A program made the position numbers and the translations under genes. The notes under the pieces are model-generated. The model was not told where the DNA came from and ran no database searches. It saw only the letters and a program-made list of their open reading frames with translations. Below, one piece after another: positions 10,342 through 20,163 of a DNA stretch of 64,000 nucleotides; the first letter of the stretch is position 1, and every line of letters starts with the position of its first letter. Source of the stretch: an uncultured Candidatus Peribacteria bacterium (GTDB lineage: Bacteria > Patescibacteriota > Gracilibacteria > UBA1369 > LOWO2-01-FULL-3); contig CAYHGX010000001.1 of the NCBI GenBank assembly GCA_964356355.1, positions 68,299 through 132,298 of the forward strand. The letters are read 5' to 3'.

Positions 10342-10899
10342 ATGGCTAAAGTAACTACTAAAGGTAAATCTACTAAAAAAGATGATACAGTTGTAACTCA
10401 TGATGAGTTTTTTACTGATGATGGAAAGAAGGCAACCTTGGTGACCAAGGAAGGTTTAGAGAAATTGAATGAAGAATTGGCTTATTTAAAGGGAACTAGA
10501 AGAAAAGAGGTTGCGGCTCGTATTAAAGAGGCAATTTCATTTGGTGATCTTTCTGAAAACTCTGAGTATGAGGAATCTAAAAATGAACAAGCTTTTGTGG
10601 AAGGCCGAATTCTTGAGCTTGAAGAGCAAATTAAGAATGCGAAGATTATTTCTGATCATCATAAAGAGACGCGAACTATTCAGCTTGGTACAACTGTTCA
10701 TTTGAAGCCACTTGGAAAGTCCAAGGAGGAGATGGAAGTTTATACAATTGTAGGTTCAACAGAGGCGGATCCGTTTGGTGGAAAGATTTCAAATGAATCA
10801 CCTGTAGGAAATGCTCTATTGGATAAGCAAAAGGGAGACAAGATCAAGGTGGCTGTGCCTGCTGGATCTGTAGAGTACGAGATCGTAAAGGTTGATTAG
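10342..10899 (+). CDS. greA: Transcription elongation factor GreA with ~30-aa N-terminal extension
   Basis: The coiled-coil carries DLSENSEYEESKNEQ, followed by a C-terminal FKBP-like domain (ISNESPVGNALL.K..GD). Confidence 0.9.
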   Translation: MAKVTTKGKSTKKDDTVVTHDEFFTDDGKKATLVTKEGLEKLNEELAYLKGTRRKEVAARIKEAISFGDLSENSEYEESKNEQAFVEGRILELEEQIKNAKIISDHHKETRTIQLGTTVHLKPLGKSKEEMEVYTIVGSTEADPFGGKISNESPVGNALLDKQKGDKIKVAVPAGSVEYEIVKVD

Positions 10900-10919
10900 T
10901 AGGCTCTTGAGCCGTGGTC

Positions 10920-11348
10920 TTACTTTTTGGCCTTGTTAGGAAGGTAGATTTTTTCCTTCTTTTTTACGTGAACATGTTTGATTTGTTCTACGTTGTGTTT
11001 TTCACGTGGGTAGTCTTTTCTGTATGCTTTTAGAGTTTTGTAGGCAAAAAATGCTAAAAGCAAAATGGCTGCGTAGAACCATAGACGCATGCTAAAGTAG
11101 GGGATTGCCTCATAGCGAACAAGTGAATAAAAGAGAAAGAAAACTGTGAACCAACCGAGGCGTGGAGTTGTTTTTTTGAATAATTTGCGGAAGGCTGGGT
11201 CTGTTTTTTTGAACTTTCGGTAGAGGAAATGCATGACGATTGCTGAAAGGAATAACACAGCAATTAACACTGTTATTGCAGTTAATTGATTAAAGTTGCC
11301 AGGATTGGGGCTGAATACGTAACTGAGGAAAGTTTTGAGTTGATTCAT
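10920..11348 (-). CDS. Small integral membrane protein, unknown function
   Basis: The 142-aa ORF has 3-4 hydrophobic helices. Its start overlaps the lgt stop by 4 nt, which suggests translational coupling. Confidence 0.6.
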   Translation of the reverse strand: MNQLKTFLSYVFSPNPGNFNQLTAITVLIAVLFLSAIVMHFLYRKFKKTDPAFRKLFKKTTPRLGWFTVFFLFYSLVRYEAIPYFSMRLWFYAAILLLAFFAYKTLKAYRKDYPREKHNVEQIKHVHVKKKEKIYLPNKAKK

Positions 11349-12190
11349 TGGTTGGTTTGGTTATTAGGGGATTCGGTGGTTTTAGTTGTTAGCACTTCGC
11401 TGTGTTCGTGCTTGTGCGCTTGATTATATCGAAGGTATAGAAATATGCCAGAGCTAATGAATACTATTAAGCTGAGAATTTGGGGAATGCGGATGTCGAA
11501 AATCATGAGAGTGTCGTCGCCGCGGACAAAGTTTTCTAGGAAGAAAAAGAAGCTATAAAGATTAATGCCGCAAAGGGCGATAAAGCCTTTCTTTTCAAGT
11601 TTTTGTACTTTGGCTTGGTGTTCTAAAAATATTAAAATTCCAACGATTAGTGCGGAGTATAGTAATGCGTAGATTTGAGTTGGGTGAATTGGGACGGCAT
11701 ATTTTATTGCTGGGCTGTCGAAATTTACTGCCCAGGGAAGGGAGCTTTCGTTGCCGTAATTTGTACCATCAAAAAAGGCTCCAAGGTCCCAGATGCCAAT
11801 AGACATAATGAGTGATGGAATTATTGAGTCTAGCCATTTGAAGAAATTCTGGTCATTTTTTTTGCAAAGAATATATAGGTATGCCGCAAAGGCGATGGCT
11901 CCTCCCCAGAGGCTAAGTCCTTTGTCCCAGATGTATAGTGTTGGGAGGATGCTTTGGAGGGAGAAGTCAAAAAAATAATTTTGATAGTTTTCAATTAATG
12001 AAAAAATTCGTGCGCCAAGGAGTGACCAGAGAAATAAGGGAAGAAAGTTTTCTGATAGGAATTGGATTTTCAGTCCGTTGTGAATGGCTCTTCTGATAAT
12101 TGTGTAGAAGAAAATTACAAAAGCAATTGCGAAAAATAGCCAGATTGTGTGAAGAGTGAATAATGGTGTCGAAAAGATGACAGGATTCAT
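11345..12190 (-). CDS. lgt: Prolipoprotein diacylglyceryl transferase
   Basis: This polytopic protein has GGAIAFAAY, WAVNF and the HPTQIYALLYS motif typical of Lgt. Lipobox proteins occur in the window at 18637 and 61077. Confidence 0.85.
   Translation of the reverse strand: MNPVIFSTPLFTLHTIWLFFAIAFVIFFYTIIRRAIHNGLKIQFLSENFLPLFLWSLLGARIFSLIENYQNYFFDFSLQSILPTLYIWDKGLSLWGGAIAFAAYLYILCKKNDQNFFKWLDSIIPSLIMSIGIWDLGAFFDGTNYGNESSLPWAVNFDSPAIKYAVPIHPTQIYALLYSALIVGILIFLEHQAKVQKLEKKGFIALCGINLYSFFFFLENFVRGDDTLMIFDIRIPQILSLIVFISSGIFLYLRYNQAHKHEHSEVLTTKTTESPNNQTNQ
11371..11421 (-). repeat. Copy a of a short dispersed element (core AGCGAAGTGCTAACAAC on the minus strand)
   Basis: The plus-strand sequence is attcggtggttttagTTGTTAGCACTTCGCTgtgttcgtgcttgtgcgcttg. 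It overlaps the last codons of lgt and ends ~25 nt upstream of the next minus-strand gene's start. Confidence 0.55.
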
Positions 12191-12192
12191 GG

Positions 12193-13572
12193 CTAGAAAT
12201 TAAGTAATGAAACGAGGGTGATTAATATGAAAAATGGCGGAATGATGAAGTTTGCAGCTGTGTTTTTTTTGAAGAAGTTTACTTTGATGGCGGTGCTGGC
12301 ATGTAATAGGAAAATAGTGACCAGCAGGTACTTGAAGATGTGACTTTCGTAAATGAGAAAGGTTTTTGGGGTTGAGCTTAGTCCGAAATTTTTTGTGGAA
12401 AGATAGAGGGCGATGAAGTAGTAAGAAACGTAAAAGACTAAGAGCCATCCTGTGAAGGTGTTTACCTCTTCAATAAAGGAGAGTCCAAAGTGTTCTTTTG
12501 GGAGGTTTTCTGTCTCATTATTTTTGGCTTTTCTTTCTTTGAGGATTTCTTTGATTTGTTTTTGGGCTTCTTTTCTTTTTTCCCAAATTGCTTTGATGCT
12601 GCTTTTGGCTTTCTCTTTGTATTCTTTGGTTGGTTCTTTGAAATAGATTTTTATGAATTCAATGATTTGTTTGTTGTAAGATTTGATGTTTTCTCTTAGC
12701 GAAATTACTTCCGGTGGAGTGTAAAATAATTCTTTGATTTCAACGAATATTGTAGCTACTAACTTTTCCCAGAAGTGAGGGTTTGGATTGTTGGCAATGT
12801 GAGATTGAGACCAGTTGGTGATTTTTTCTGTAATATCCTCGTTGAAGGTTTTTTGGTGTTGTCCTTTGTTGAGGTTTTCTAGAAGTTCGCGAGTTTTTAC
12901 TTTTAATTCGAATTCCTTGTCGTTTTTGCCTTTTTCTCTTAGTGATGCTTCTTGTTTTTGAATAAATAGAAGCAGCTCCTCTGCAGTGGACTGGATGTAG
13001 TCTAGATTTGTGCTGTTTTTTATTCTTAGTAGTTTGTCGATGCGTTTATTGATTTCTGCTTTTTGGTCTAGGTCTATTTCTTGTTCAAAATTGTTCAAAA
13101 GGTCGCCGACTTCCTTGAGGATATATTCTATTTTACTTTTGATGAATTCCTCTTTTTTTGTTTCTTCTAGACTTTTAGGAGCTTGAGTGGAGCTTTCGTT
13201 TGTAGTTTCATTAAGTAACTTCAGATGTGGGGCTTTTTTTCTTGCTTCAGAAATTTCTTTTTCGGTTGCCTTTTCGTCCCAGATGGCTGTGACGGTGAGG
13301 TTGTACTCGGTGGTGAGTCTCGCTAGGCCTTCTTCTTCTGTTTGGGCTGGAATAGTTCCCGTAATTAGGCGTGAATTTTTGTCTATAGCTTCGAAAACAA
13401 ATTTCTTAAGTCCGGATTTTCCTTCTTCAACTTTTGTGGTTTCGGATAATGTTAAAATCGAGAATCCGAGATTATTTAGCTCGGTTCTGGCGGTTGCTTC
13501 GTCTGCCGCTTCGACGTTGCCATTTAACTGTTTCCCTTCTTTATTTGCTACCGTGTAACTAAAGATTGGCAT
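12193..13572 (-). CDS. Membrane protein with two N-terminal PilC/GspF-N-like modules, long coiled-coil and C-terminal TM bundle
   Basis: Residues 1-45 (MPIFSYTVANKEGKQLNGNVEAADEATARTELNNLGFSILTLSE) and ~58-100 (FVFEAIDKNSRLITGTIPAQTEEEGLARLTTEYNLTV) resemble the N-terminal cytoplasmic module of type II secretion/type IV pilus platform proteins. The middle is K/E-rich and the C-terminus has 3-4 TM helices. Confidence 0.6.
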   Translation of the reverse strand: MPIFSYTVANKEGKQLNGNVEAADEATARTELNNLGFSILTLSETTKVEEGKSGLKKFVFEAIDKNSRLITGTIPAQTEEEGLARLTTEYNLTVTAIWDEKATEKEISEARKKAPHLKLLNETTNESSTQAPKSLEETKKEEFIKSKIEYILKEVGDLLNNFEQEIDLDQKAEINKRIDKLLRIKNSTNLDYIQSTAEELLLFIQKQEASLREKGKNDKEFELKVKTRELLENLNKGQHQKTFNEDITEKITNWSQSHIANNPNPHFWEKLVATIFVEIKELFYTPPEVISLRENIKSYNKQIIEFIKIYFKEPTKEYKEKAKSSIKAIWEKRKEAQKQIKEILKERKAKNNETENLPKEHFGLSFIEEVNTFTGWLLVFYVSYYFIALYLSTKNFGLSSTPKTFLIYESHIFKYLLVTIFLLHASTAIKVNFFKKNTAANFIIPPFFILITLVSLLNF

Positions 13573-13580
13573 GGTAGGTT

Positions 13581-15197
13581 TTACTTTGTTTGTTTTGCAG
13601 CTTTAATAAAACCTTGAAAAAGTGGATGTGGCCTGTTTGGTCTTGATTTGAATTCTGGGTGAAATTGGCAGCCGACCATAAATGGATGATCTTTTAGTTC
13701 TGCTATTTCTACGAGGTTGTGTTTGGGATTGATGCCGGAAAAGATCATGCCGGCTTTTTCGAGGTCGCTGCGGAATTCGTTGTTGAATTCATAACGATGG
13801 CGGTGGCGTTCGTCGATCATTTCGGATTTATATAGGGAAAAGGTTTTTGTGCCTTTTTGAATTTTGCATGGTTGGGATCCGAGCCTTAGGGTGCCGCCTT
13901 TTTCGCTATCTTTGTGCTGGCCTGGGAGGAAGTGAATAATGTGATTTTTTGTGCCTGCTTTGTTGTCTTCGTCGAATTCTTCTGAGGTGAGTTTGTTGTT
14001 TTGGAGTGAGTGCCTGGCGAATTCAATGGTCATAATCTGCATGCCTAGGCAGAGGCCGAGGTAGGGAATTGAGTTTTCTCTGGCATATTTTGCGGCCATG
14101 ATTTTGCCTTCGGTGCCACGAATGCCAAAGCCTCCTGGTACCAAGATTCCATCGGCAGATTTAAGTGTTTCCCAGCTTTTTTCATCTTTTTCTTCAAGTT
14201 TTTCTGAGGATACCCAGAGTAGCTCCAGGTCGCGTTCTTCGTGGAAGCAGGCGATTTTCAGTGATTCAATTACACTAAGGTAGGCATCGTCGAGGCCGGT
14301 GTATTTGCCTACGAGCGCGATTTTTAGCGGTGCTCTTTTGGCTTTAATTAGATCTACGACTTTTTCCCATTCAGTCATTTTTGGCTTAATGTTGCCAAGT
14401 TTTAATTGGCGGGCGATGAGCTCGGTAATGTTGTAGCTTTGAAGATTGATTGGAACTTCGTAGATGGATTTTACTGTTGCTGCCGGGATTACATATTCTT
14501 CCGGAACATCGCAGAAGAGAGAGATTTTCTTGAGATGTTCTTTTTTAATCGGGGCGTCGGCACGAGCGAGAATTAGGTCGGGTTGGATACCGATTGAGCG
14601 AAGTTCTCGTACTGAGGCCTGGGTTGGTTTGGTTTTTAATTCCTTTGCTGCTCCGAGATATGGGAGGAGTGTAAGATGAACGAAAAATGTATTTTCGGCG
14701 CCAAGTTTGTGGCGTAATTGGCGAATTGCTTCGAGGTAGGGAAGGCCTTCGATGTCGCCAACGGTGCCTCCAATTTCCACCATCATGATGTCGCATCCGC
14801 TTTTGTGGGCAGCGGCAGTGATTTTTTCCTGAATGCCGTCGGTGATGTGCGGGATAATTTGAATTGTGCGTCCGAGGAAGCTGCCTTTGCGCTCTTTTTC
14901 TAGTACTTCGCTGTAGATTTTTCCTGTAGTTACTGAGGAAAGCTTGCTTAAGCTGGTGTCGATAAATCTTTCGTAGTGGCCAAGGTCGAGATCGGTTTCG
15001 CCGCCATCGTCGGTTACGAATACTTCTCCATGCTGAAATGGGCTCATTGTTCCGGGGTCGACGTTGAGGTAAGGATCTAGCTTCTGGGTAAACACTGTAA
15101 GGCCTGATGCCTTGAGAAGTGCCCCGATTGATGCTGATGCGATGCCCTTACCTAATGAACTGCAAACACCTCCAGTTACAAAGATATATTTACACAA
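13581..15197 (-). CDS. pyrG: CTP synthase
   Basis: The match is full length: N-terminal KYIFVTGGV.SSLGKG, a GTVGDIE synthetase domain, and a C-terminal glutamine amidotransferase domain (GLCLGMQ, HRHRYE). Confidence 0.95.
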   Translation of the reverse strand: MCKYIFVTGGVCSSLGKGIASASIGALLKASGLTVFTQKLDPYLNVDPGTMSPFQHGEVFVTDDGGETDLDLGHYERFIDTSLSKLSSVTTGKIYSEVLEKERKGSFLGRTIQIIPHITDGIQEKITAAAHKSGCDIMMVEIGGTVGDIEGLPYLEAIRQLRHKLGAENTFFVHLTLLPYLGAAKELKTKPTQASVRELRSIGIQPDLILARADAPIKKEHLKKISLFCDVPEEYVIPAATVKSIYEVPINLQSYNITELIARQLKLGNIKPKMTEWEKVVDLIKAKRAPLKIALVGKYTGLDDAYLSVIESLKIACFHEERDLELLWVSSEKLEEKDEKSWETLKSADGILVPGGFGIRGTEGKIMAAKYARENSIPYLGLCLGMQIMTIEFARHSLQNNKLTSEEFDEDNKAGTKNHIIHFLPGQHKDSEKGGTLRLGSQPCKIQKGTKTFSLYKSEMIDERHRHRYEFNNEFRSDLEKAGMIFSGINPKHNLVEIAELKDHPFMVGCQFHPEFKSRPNRPHPLFQGFIKAAKQTK

Positions 15198-15346
15198 AAT
15201 CTTTCTTTTTTAATTTTTGCCCTACTGGTTCAATTTAAAGCAATGAAGGTGGAAGTTCAAGCTAAAGTCGTTCGCGAGCTGGATAGAAATTTCTGAAGAT
15301 CAAATTCGGATTCGAACTTTTGCAAATCATTGCTCTCAAAAGCATA

Positions 15347-15604
15347 TCAAATGGCTGTAATTGCAGTGGCGAGGCCGAAGATTATACCGGGGATGTTGCA
15401 GGTAATTAGGGGCCAGTCTTTTTTTGTGCGGAGTGCTCCGTAAAGGATCCAGGCGGTGCAGTTTATAGTTGTGACTATGGGAAGAATGATGGAGCCGGGG
15501 TGTCCAGAAAGGTTTAATTTTAACTGATCGACATAGGAGATATACATGGCGGTGGCGAGGAGCGAGGCGACCCAGCCAATTTTGGTAGTGGTTGATTCTT
15601 TCAT
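15347..15604 (-). CDS. SemiSWEET-type (PQ-loop/MtN3 half-size) sugar transporter
   Basis: The 85-aa protein has three TM helices, matching the size and topology of bacterial SemiSWEETs. Confidence 0.7.
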   Translation of the reverse strand: MKESTTTKIGWVASLLATAMYISYVDQLKLNLSGHPGSIILPIVTTINCTAWILYGALRTKKDWPLITCNIPGIIFGLATAITAI

Positions 15605-15609
15605 TGAGT

Positions 15610-16581
15610 TTAAAGATAGCCGATTTTTTCTTTTACTTTGTCGAGAGTGGCGGCGGCTTTGATCTTAGCTTTTTTGGCGCCTGCGGCGAGGATCTCTTGG
15701 AGGTAGCTTTCCTTTGTGATGATTTGTGTGAACTTTTCTCGGGGTTGCGCGAAGTGCTCGAGGATTTTGGCCAGGAGGAGCTTTTTGGCCTCGCCGTAGC
15801 CGAAGCCGCCGGTGGTGTACTTTTCTGCGAGCTCTTTCTTTTCTTTTGGAGTCGCAAATAGTTGATAGAGGTTGAATACATTGCACGTCGCTGGATCTTT
15901 TGCGTCAGCAACGCCTTTGGAATCGGTAACAATGCCCATGACCTGCTTTTTGAGTTGGGCTTCCGGGGCGAAAATGTCGATTGTGTTGCCATAGGATTTA
16001 CTCATCTTTTGGCCGTCGGTGCCGGGGACTACTGCTACCTCTTTTTTGATGTATGGCTCGGGAAGCTTGAGAGTTTGTCCTCCGAATGTTTGATTGAAGG
16101 TGGTGGCGATGTCGCGGGTCATTTCGATGTGTTGTTTTTGGTCTTGGCCTACCGGGACGAGGTCTGGCTCATATAAGAGAATGTCGGCGGCTTGGAGGAT
16201 AGGGTAGTTGAAAAGTCCAACAGTTACCTCTTTTTTGCCTTTGGCTTTGGCGTCTTTCCAGGCGTGCGCACGTTCGAGAAAGGGGATGTGCACCATGCAA
16301 TCGAGGATCCAGCAGAGCTCGGAGTGTTCGGAAATGGAGGATTGTTTGAAGAAGACTGTTTTTTCTGGGTCGAGGCCGAGGGCGAGATAGGAGGCGGCGA
16401 GTTCGAGGGTTTGGGAGCGCATTAGTGCGGCGTCTTTTACTGTAGTGAGGGCGTGGAGATCGGCGATGAAAAGGTAACATTGATACTCTTTTTGCATTTC
16501 GATGTGCTGGCGCATGGCGCCGAAGTAATTGCCAATGTGTGGCTTGCCGCTGGGTTGAACACCGGATAATACAGTTTTCAT
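15610..16581 (-). CDS. trpS: Tryptophanyl-tRNA synthetase
   Basis: Class I signatures are present: GVQPSGKPHIGNYFGA (HIGH-type) and KMSKS. The length is 323 aa. Confidence 0.95.
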   Translation of the reverse strand: MKTVLSGVQPSGKPHIGNYFGAMRQHIEMQKEYQCYLFIADLHALTTVKDAALMRSQTLELAASYLALGLDPEKTVFFKQSSISEHSELCWILDCMVHIPFLERAHAWKDAKAKGKKEVTVGLFNYPILQAADILLYEPDLVPVGQDQKQHIEMTRDIATTFNQTFGGQTLKLPEPYIKKEVAVVPGTDGQKMSKSYGNTIDIFAPEAQLKKQVMGIVTDSKGVADAKDPATCNVFNLYQLFATPKEKKELAEKYTTGGFGYGEAKKLLLAKILEHFAQPREKFTQIITKESYLQEILAAGAKKAKIKAAATLDKVKEKIGYL

Positions 16582-18575
16582 TAGATTGTGCTTATGGGGT
16601 CAATGTCGATTTTGATTTCTTCGTCGATTATATATTCTTCCGGGAGGAATGTCAGTAGGTCGTGAGGGGGGTGCGCGGCGTCGGTGGATTTTATTAAAAT
16701 GAGATATTGGTATTTGCCGCGCAATTTTGCAATGAAGGCAGGGTAATAGTTGATCTCAAATTTTGAGCTGCGGTCTTGTTGGTGAAGCTTTTCCTTGAGT
16801 GCTGCTACGATCTTCTGGGCTGTTTCTTCACACTTTTTTAGGTTTGGCTTTTGAATGATAATTTTGGCGAGGGTGCTGAATGGGGGATTTTTGAGAATTT
16901 TTCTTTGTGTTGATTCGTATTTAAAGAAGCCATCATAGTCGTGATTTTGGGCGCAGAGGAGGGTGAAATTGGTGGGGTTGTAGGTTTGGATGATAACTTT
17001 TCCTGTGGTGGAGTCCCGGCCGGCACGGCCGGCCACTTGAGTTAGAAGCTGGAAGTTTCTTTCTCCGCTGCGAAAATCTGGAATATTGAGGCCGATGTCG
17101 GCGACAATTACACCAACGAGGTTCACTTGGGGCAAATGTAGGCCTTTGGCTATCATTTGGGTGCCAATAAGAATATCTGCTTGCTGTTTTTTAAAGGTTT
17201 CGTAGATAGTTTTGAAGCTATCTTTTTTGCTGGTAGTGTCTTTGTCGGCTCTTAGAGTTTTGGCTTCAGGGAATAGTTTTTTTACTTCATTTTCAATGCG
17301 CTCGGTGCCTATTCCTAGAAATCTAATGTTGGTACTTTGGCATGATTTGCAGGTAGTTGATGGATCGTATACTTTTCCGCAGTGATGGCAAATAAGGAGG
17401 CTTTTGCTGAAGTTTTTTTCGTGGTAGGTGAGAGGGAGGTCGCAGTCGGTGCATTTTTCGGTGAAGCCACAGTCTCGGCAGACAATAGAGGAGGCAGAGC
17501 CACGGCGGTTGAGAAATAGAATGACCTGTTCTTTTTTTTCTAAGCTTTCCTTTATGGCTTGTTGGAGATCTTCGCTGAAAATGGAGTAGTTGCCTTTTTT
17601 GAATTCTGTGCGGAGGTCTACTATTTCTATTTGTGGTAACGTGGAGGTGCCGATGCGTGAATGGAGATGAATGGTGGAATTTGCGTATTTGGTAGCGGTT
17701 TCGATGGAGGGAGTGGCGCTGCCGAGGACGAGTTTGCATGTTGGGAAGAGCTCTAGTAGTTTCTCGGCTACGGTGTGAGCTTTATAGCGTGGGGCGGTGT
17801 CTTGTTTGTAGGAGTTTTCGTGTTCCTCGTCGATAATAATCAATTTTAGATTTTGAAAGGGGGAGAAAATTGCTGATCTGGATCCAATTATTAGCTTGCT
17901 TTCACCGCTGCGGATGCGTTTCCAGGTGGCACATTTTTCGCCTTCAGCCACTTTGCTATGGATGACTTCGGCTTTTACTCCGAGGGCTTTTTGAAAGTAA
18001 TCGATATTTTGGGGAGTGAGGGCAATCTCTGGAACCATGATGAGTACTTGGCCGTTTTTCTCTATTTGCTCAGCTGCAAGGCGGGTGTAGATCTCTGTTT
18101 TGCCTGAGCCGGTAATTCCGTGTATTAAAAATTTGTTCTCACTGCTTTGTTTTATCTTTCCTAGAGCTGCTTTTTGCTCTTCTGTTAAAGTTCTGGCTTG
18201 CGATCTAAAAACTTGATCATCGCGGCGTTTTCTTCCCCTAAACTCCTTGTTTTCAAGTATTCTCTTTGGGATAAACGTTTTTAAAAGTAGATGTCGAGGG
18301 TAAAAGTAATAATCTGCGAGCCAATCAATGAGTTTTGTTTGTTCGGGACTGAGTAGAGGCAAAATTACGTTGCTAATTGCAAGGGTTTTGAAGTTTGGTT
18401 GAGTATTGTGGAGGTTCCAAATGATTCCGAAGGTGAGCTTATTACGAAGTGAGACTCTTACTGAGGTCCCAATTTCGGCTGGAGCTTCAATTAAAGGCAA
18501 GCTGTAGGTAAGGAGATCATTCTTGGCTCCAATTTTTTGTGGAATGAGGATGTCGGCGAAGGTGTATTTGGGCAT
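16581..18575 (-). CDS. priA: Primosomal protein N' (replication restart helicase)
   Basis: Walker A is GITGSGKTE and the DExH-like box is IIIDEEH. A Cys-rich zinc-binding insertion (CRDCG..CTDCD..CHHCG..CKSC) is present, and helicase motif VI is QVAGRAGR. Confidence 0.92.
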   Translation of the reverse strand: MPKYTFADILIPQKIGAKNDLLTYSLPLIEAPAEIGTSVRVSLRNKLTFGIIWNLHNTQPNFKTLAISNVILPLLSPEQTKLIDWLADYYFYPRHLLLKTFIPKRILENKEFRGRKRRDDQVFRSQARTLTEEQKAALGKIKQSSENKFLIHGITGSGKTEIYTRLAAEQIEKNGQVLIMVPEIALTPQNIDYFQKALGVKAEVIHSKVAEGEKCATWKRIRSGESKLIIGSRSAIFSPFQNLKLIIIDEEHENSYKQDTAPRYKAHTVAEKLLELFPTCKLVLGSATPSIETATKYANSTIHLHSRIGTSTLPQIEIVDLRTEFKKGNYSIFSEDLQQAIKESLEKKEQVILFLNRRGSASSIVCRDCGFTEKCTDCDLPLTYHEKNFSKSLLICHHCGKVYDPSTTCKSCQSTNIRFLGIGTERIENEVKKLFPEAKTLRADKDTTSKKDSFKTIYETFKKQQADILIGTQMIAKGLHLPQVNLVGVIVADIGLNIPDFRSGERNFQLLTQVAGRAGRDSTTGKVIIQTYNPTNFTLLCAQNHDYDGFFKYESTQRKILKNPPFSTLAKIIIQKPNLKKCEETAQKIVAALKEKLHQQDRSSKFEINYYPAFIAKLRGKYQYLILIKSTDAAHPPHDLLTFLPEEYIIDEEIKIDIDPISTI

Positions 18576-18636
18576 TGACTTGTTTGTATTTTCGTTTTAT
18601 AGTGAATTCTTATATTTAGATTTTACTTTAGTAGCA

Positions 18637-20154
18637 ATGAAAAGGTCAATTTTATACTTGGTTTTGGTGCTGATACTGGTGAATATGGGTGGGTGTAGTT
18701 ATTTTGATAAGAAAGAGGATTTGCCTACAGGGAAGGTGCTTCGTGATTTGCCAGTGCGAAGTGAGGTTGATGCTTTTGATTTAAGTGAAGATGGTGGGGA
18801 AATTAGCTTTGAAAAGAGTGGGACTGTGGCTTCTCAGGTGGTTTCATTTGTGTCTCCACAGGCCGTTGGGAGTGTTGTGAAGTTGAATGCTGTTGTTGGA
18901 AATAAGGTGAGAAAGGGCGATTTGCTTGCGGTTTTAGGTGATTCCGCGGCAATTGATATTGCTGATTTGCAAAGAGATACTGCTGGAGGGGCTTTGGATA
19001 TTTCTGAGCAGATCGCAGATGAAAATTCGGTTTTGAGAGCTAATCAGGGCAATGCGGCAAGGTTGGGAGTGGAGACAGCTTGGACGGCTTATCAGCATGC
19101 TCTTAAGTCAAAGCAAGAGTCTCAGGATCTTTTTGAGTTACAGGTTGATAGTGCGAATTTAAATGTGGATAGGGCGAATGAGGCTTATGATAATGCAAAT
19201 GATGCTTATGATGAACTTCAGTCTGAAGTTTCTGATTTAGAGGATGAGATTGCCAATTTGGCTGATGATGATCCTGCTAGAGTTGCTTTGGATACGCAGT
19301 TGGAGGGCATGAATGCTCAGCTGGATCAGTTGGAAAAGGCTATTTCGGCTGCTGATGATGGAGTTACAATGGCTGAAAATGCTGTGGGCATGGTTGAGGA
19401 GGGTTATGATTCTCAGGTGAATCAATTGAATTCTGGAATTGACATGGCATTGAGCCAATATAAGGGTGCCGTGAATCAATATAATGCTGCCGGTATAGGT
19501 AGTGAGACGCAGGCTTTGAGTACCGATTTGCAGCTTTTGCAGGCACAATCTGCTTATAGCATGGCTCAAATTGGGGCTGATAATAAGACTATTACAGCGC
19601 CGATTTCAGGTGTGATTACTGAGGTTTTGGCTAAATTGAGTAATTTGGTGGCTCCGGGTCAGGTGGTGTTTAAGATTGAAAATCCGGAGGAGATGTCGGT
19701 AAAAACGGCGGTCTCCTTAGCGGAGGTGCGATTTTTACAGGTAGATAGTGAGGTACAGATTTTGGCTGGAGATAAGGTGGCGAAGGGTCGAATTGTATCA
19801 ATTAGTCCCGTGTTGAATTCGATGACTCATAAGGTGGATGTGGAGATTGAGGTTTTGGATAAGGGTGTATTTGTAAGTGGGGAATTGGTGAAGATTAAAT
19901 ATCAGGTTTCACGAGGTAGTGCGATTTTTGTCCCATTGGTTGCTGTTGACGTGAGTGCGGAAACTCAATTTGTTAGGGTGATTGATCTGAATGGAAAGGT
20001 GGAATTTAGAAGTGTGAAAATGGGCCAAGTTTTTGGTGATTTTGTGGAGATTTTGTCTGGATTGAGAGGAAATGAGGTGGTGATTAGTAGTCCTTCTTCT
20101 TTCCTTGTTGAAGGGGAAAGGGTGGATGTTAGACCTAAAAAAGTTGCTCGTTAA
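18637..20154 (+). CDS. HlyD/membrane-fusion-protein family efflux adaptor, lipoprotein
   Basis: The signal peptide has a lipobox (LVNMGGC). A lipoyl-like hairpin (VKLNAVVGNKVRKGDLLAVL ... ITAPISGVITEV) flanks a long coiled-coil. I prefer ATG 18637 to the upstream 18523 start, which overlaps priA. Confidence 0.8.
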   Translation: MKRSILYLVLVLILVNMGGCSYFDKKEDLPTGKVLRDLPVRSEVDAFDLSEDGGEISFEKSGTVASQVVSFVSPQAVGSVVKLNAVVGNKVRKGDLLAVLGDSAAIDIADLQRDTAGGALDISEQIADENSVLRANQGNAARLGVETAWTAYQHALKSKQESQDLFELQVDSANLNVDRANEAYDNANDAYDELQSEVSDLEDEIANLADDDPARVALDTQLEGMNAQLDQLEKAISAADDGVTMAENAVGMVEEGYDSQVNQLNSGIDMALSQYKGAVNQYNAAGIGSETQALSTDLQLLQAQSAYSMAQIGADNKTITAPISGVITEVLAKLSNLVAPGQVVFKIENPEEMSVKTAVSLAEVRFLQVDSEVQILAGDKVAKGRIVSISPVLNSMTHKVDVEIEVLDKGVFVSGELVKIKYQVSRGSAIFVPLVAVDVSAETQFVRVIDLNGKVEFRSVKMGQVFGDFVEILSGLRGNEVVISSPSSFLVEGERVDVRPKKVAR

Positions 20155-20163
20155 ATTTTTGTT

